From Octopus sinensis (lineage: Eukaryota): a stretch of 64,000 nt of DNA. Of the stretch, positions 62,753-64,000 are shown piece after piece (the stretch's first letter is position 1; the number at the start of each line of letters is the position of its first letter). The notes beneath the pieces are model-generated. The model saw only the letters and a program-made list of their open reading frames with translations. It made no database searches and was not told where the DNA came from. The stretch is taken from contig NC_042997.1 in NCBI RefSeq assembly GCF_006345805.1, positions 188,294,001 through 188,358,000 on the forward strand, in the 5' to 3' direction. The position numbers were made by a program, and so were the translations under genes.

Positions 62753-63730
62753 TTATTATTATTATTATTATTTCAGGTGGTGAGCTGGCAGAATTGTTAG
62801 CATGCCAAGTGAAAAGCTTAGCAGTATTTCGTCTGTCACTACATTCTGAGTTCAAAGGTCAACTTTGCCTTTCATCGTTTTGGGGTCGAAAATTAAGTAC
62901 AAGAAAAACACAGGGGTTGATGTAATTGACTAGTCCCTTCCCCAGAAAATTCAGGCCTTGTGCTAGTAGAAAGGATTATTAGTATTATTGTTGTTGTTGT
63001 TGTTGTTGTTGTGGTTGTTGTGAAGGTACATGTCTTTGTGGTTTGGTGCACTCGTGATAGCTAGATCATGAGTTCAATTCCCGGACCAAGATGTGTGTGG
63101 TGGTTCTTGAGCAAGACACTTCCTTTCACATTGCTCTGAGATCATTTTGACATCTGACATGTGGCACACTCATGCGTCTGAACAGACAATGTTGATCTGA
63201 TAGAGGGAGTGAGCTAATGTATGGCACACATTTGATCACTATATCATTTGTGCAGGTTATTCAGCAAAAACTGAATGCTCACACATCGTCTTCAATGGGC
63301 AAGTCCATCATTATCATTATTATTATTATTATTATGGTGACAAGCTGACAGAATCGTTAGCACTCTGGATGAAATGCTTAGCGGTATTTTGCCTGCCGCT
63401 ACCTTCTGAGTTCAAATTCTGCCGAGGTCGACTTTGCCTTTCATCCTTTCAGGGTCGATTAAATACGTACCAGTTATGCACTGGGGTCAATGTAATCGAC
63501 TTAATCCGTTTGTCTGTCCTTGTTTGTCCCCTCTGTGTTTAGCCCCTTGTGGATAGTAAAGAAATAGGTATTTCGCCTGTTGCTATGTTCTCAGTTAAAA
63601 TTTTATTGAGGTCGACTTTGCCTTTCAACCTTTTGAGGTTGATAAAATAAGTACCAGTTGAACACTGGAGTCAATGTAATCGACTCATCCCCTCCCCCCA
63701 AATCGCTGCCCTTGAGGAAAAATTTGAAAC
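60800..63730 (+). mobile_element. Dense co-oriented cluster of about ten family A SINE copies/bodies
   Basis: Repeated ttctgagttcaaat...gtcgactttgcctttcatcc bodies. The 184-bp units at 61547-61730 and 61731-61914 are identical. Confidence 0.9.
63025..63310 (+). mobile_element. Diverged tRNA-derived SINE (family D)
   Basis: B-box gagttcaattccc followed by cttgagcaagacactt. Confidence 0.55.
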
Positions 63731-63731
63731 A

Positions 63732-63732
<1 letters not shown>

Positions 63733-63764
<32 letters not shown>

Positions 63765-64000
63765 GAGTGAGAGAGCAGTGCATGCCATCAAAGTGACACT
63801 AGGGTAAAATATACGAAGCCCAGTATACCCATCATGACTACTTGTCTGATAAGGGTACACCAGGCACATGCATCACAACCATATGTGTGCGACATGGTAA
63901 TCTCATATCAAGATAAACAGTGCATGACCTTGCAGGTGGGGCCCAGTTAGAATTTTCTTCTGGTCAAGTAGCCCATCCCGCTCAAAAGGTTTCTGAATAA
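63733..64000 (-). mobile_element. Probable retroposon 3' end with a (TAA)n tail, running off the window
   Basis: (att)n tract abutting a higher-GC segment. Family not identified. Confidence 0.35.

Overview
AT-rich, microsatellite-dense eukaryotic DNA. The repeat repertoire (tRNA-headed SINEs, RTE LINE 3' ends with (GAT)n tails, Penelope-like elements, mariner relics) is what I would expect of an Octopus/coleoid cephalopod genome; this is inferred, not database-checked. Much of the window is fragmented or nested transposon sequence. I cannot identify any cellular protein-coding gene with confidence. There are two promoter-like motif clusters and several isolated splice-site-bounded candidate mini-exons, so the window may be largely intronic. 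I see no rRNA, genuine tRNA gene or CRISPR array. Most ORFs in the supplied track are by-products of simple repeats or dead transposons. The most interesting structures are: hammerhead-like motifs with a family-wide non-canonical core in Penelope pseudo-LTRs; a 2-kb tandem array built from an RTE 3' UTR; a Mutator-like MITE carrying a forkhead-site cluster; a 98-bp templated capture inside a Helitron-like element; a two-copy hairpin element with compensatory changes; a heat-shock-element-like minisatellite; and an isolated CpG-rich pre-miRNA-like hairpin. Boundaries of degraded repeats are approximate (tens of bp).
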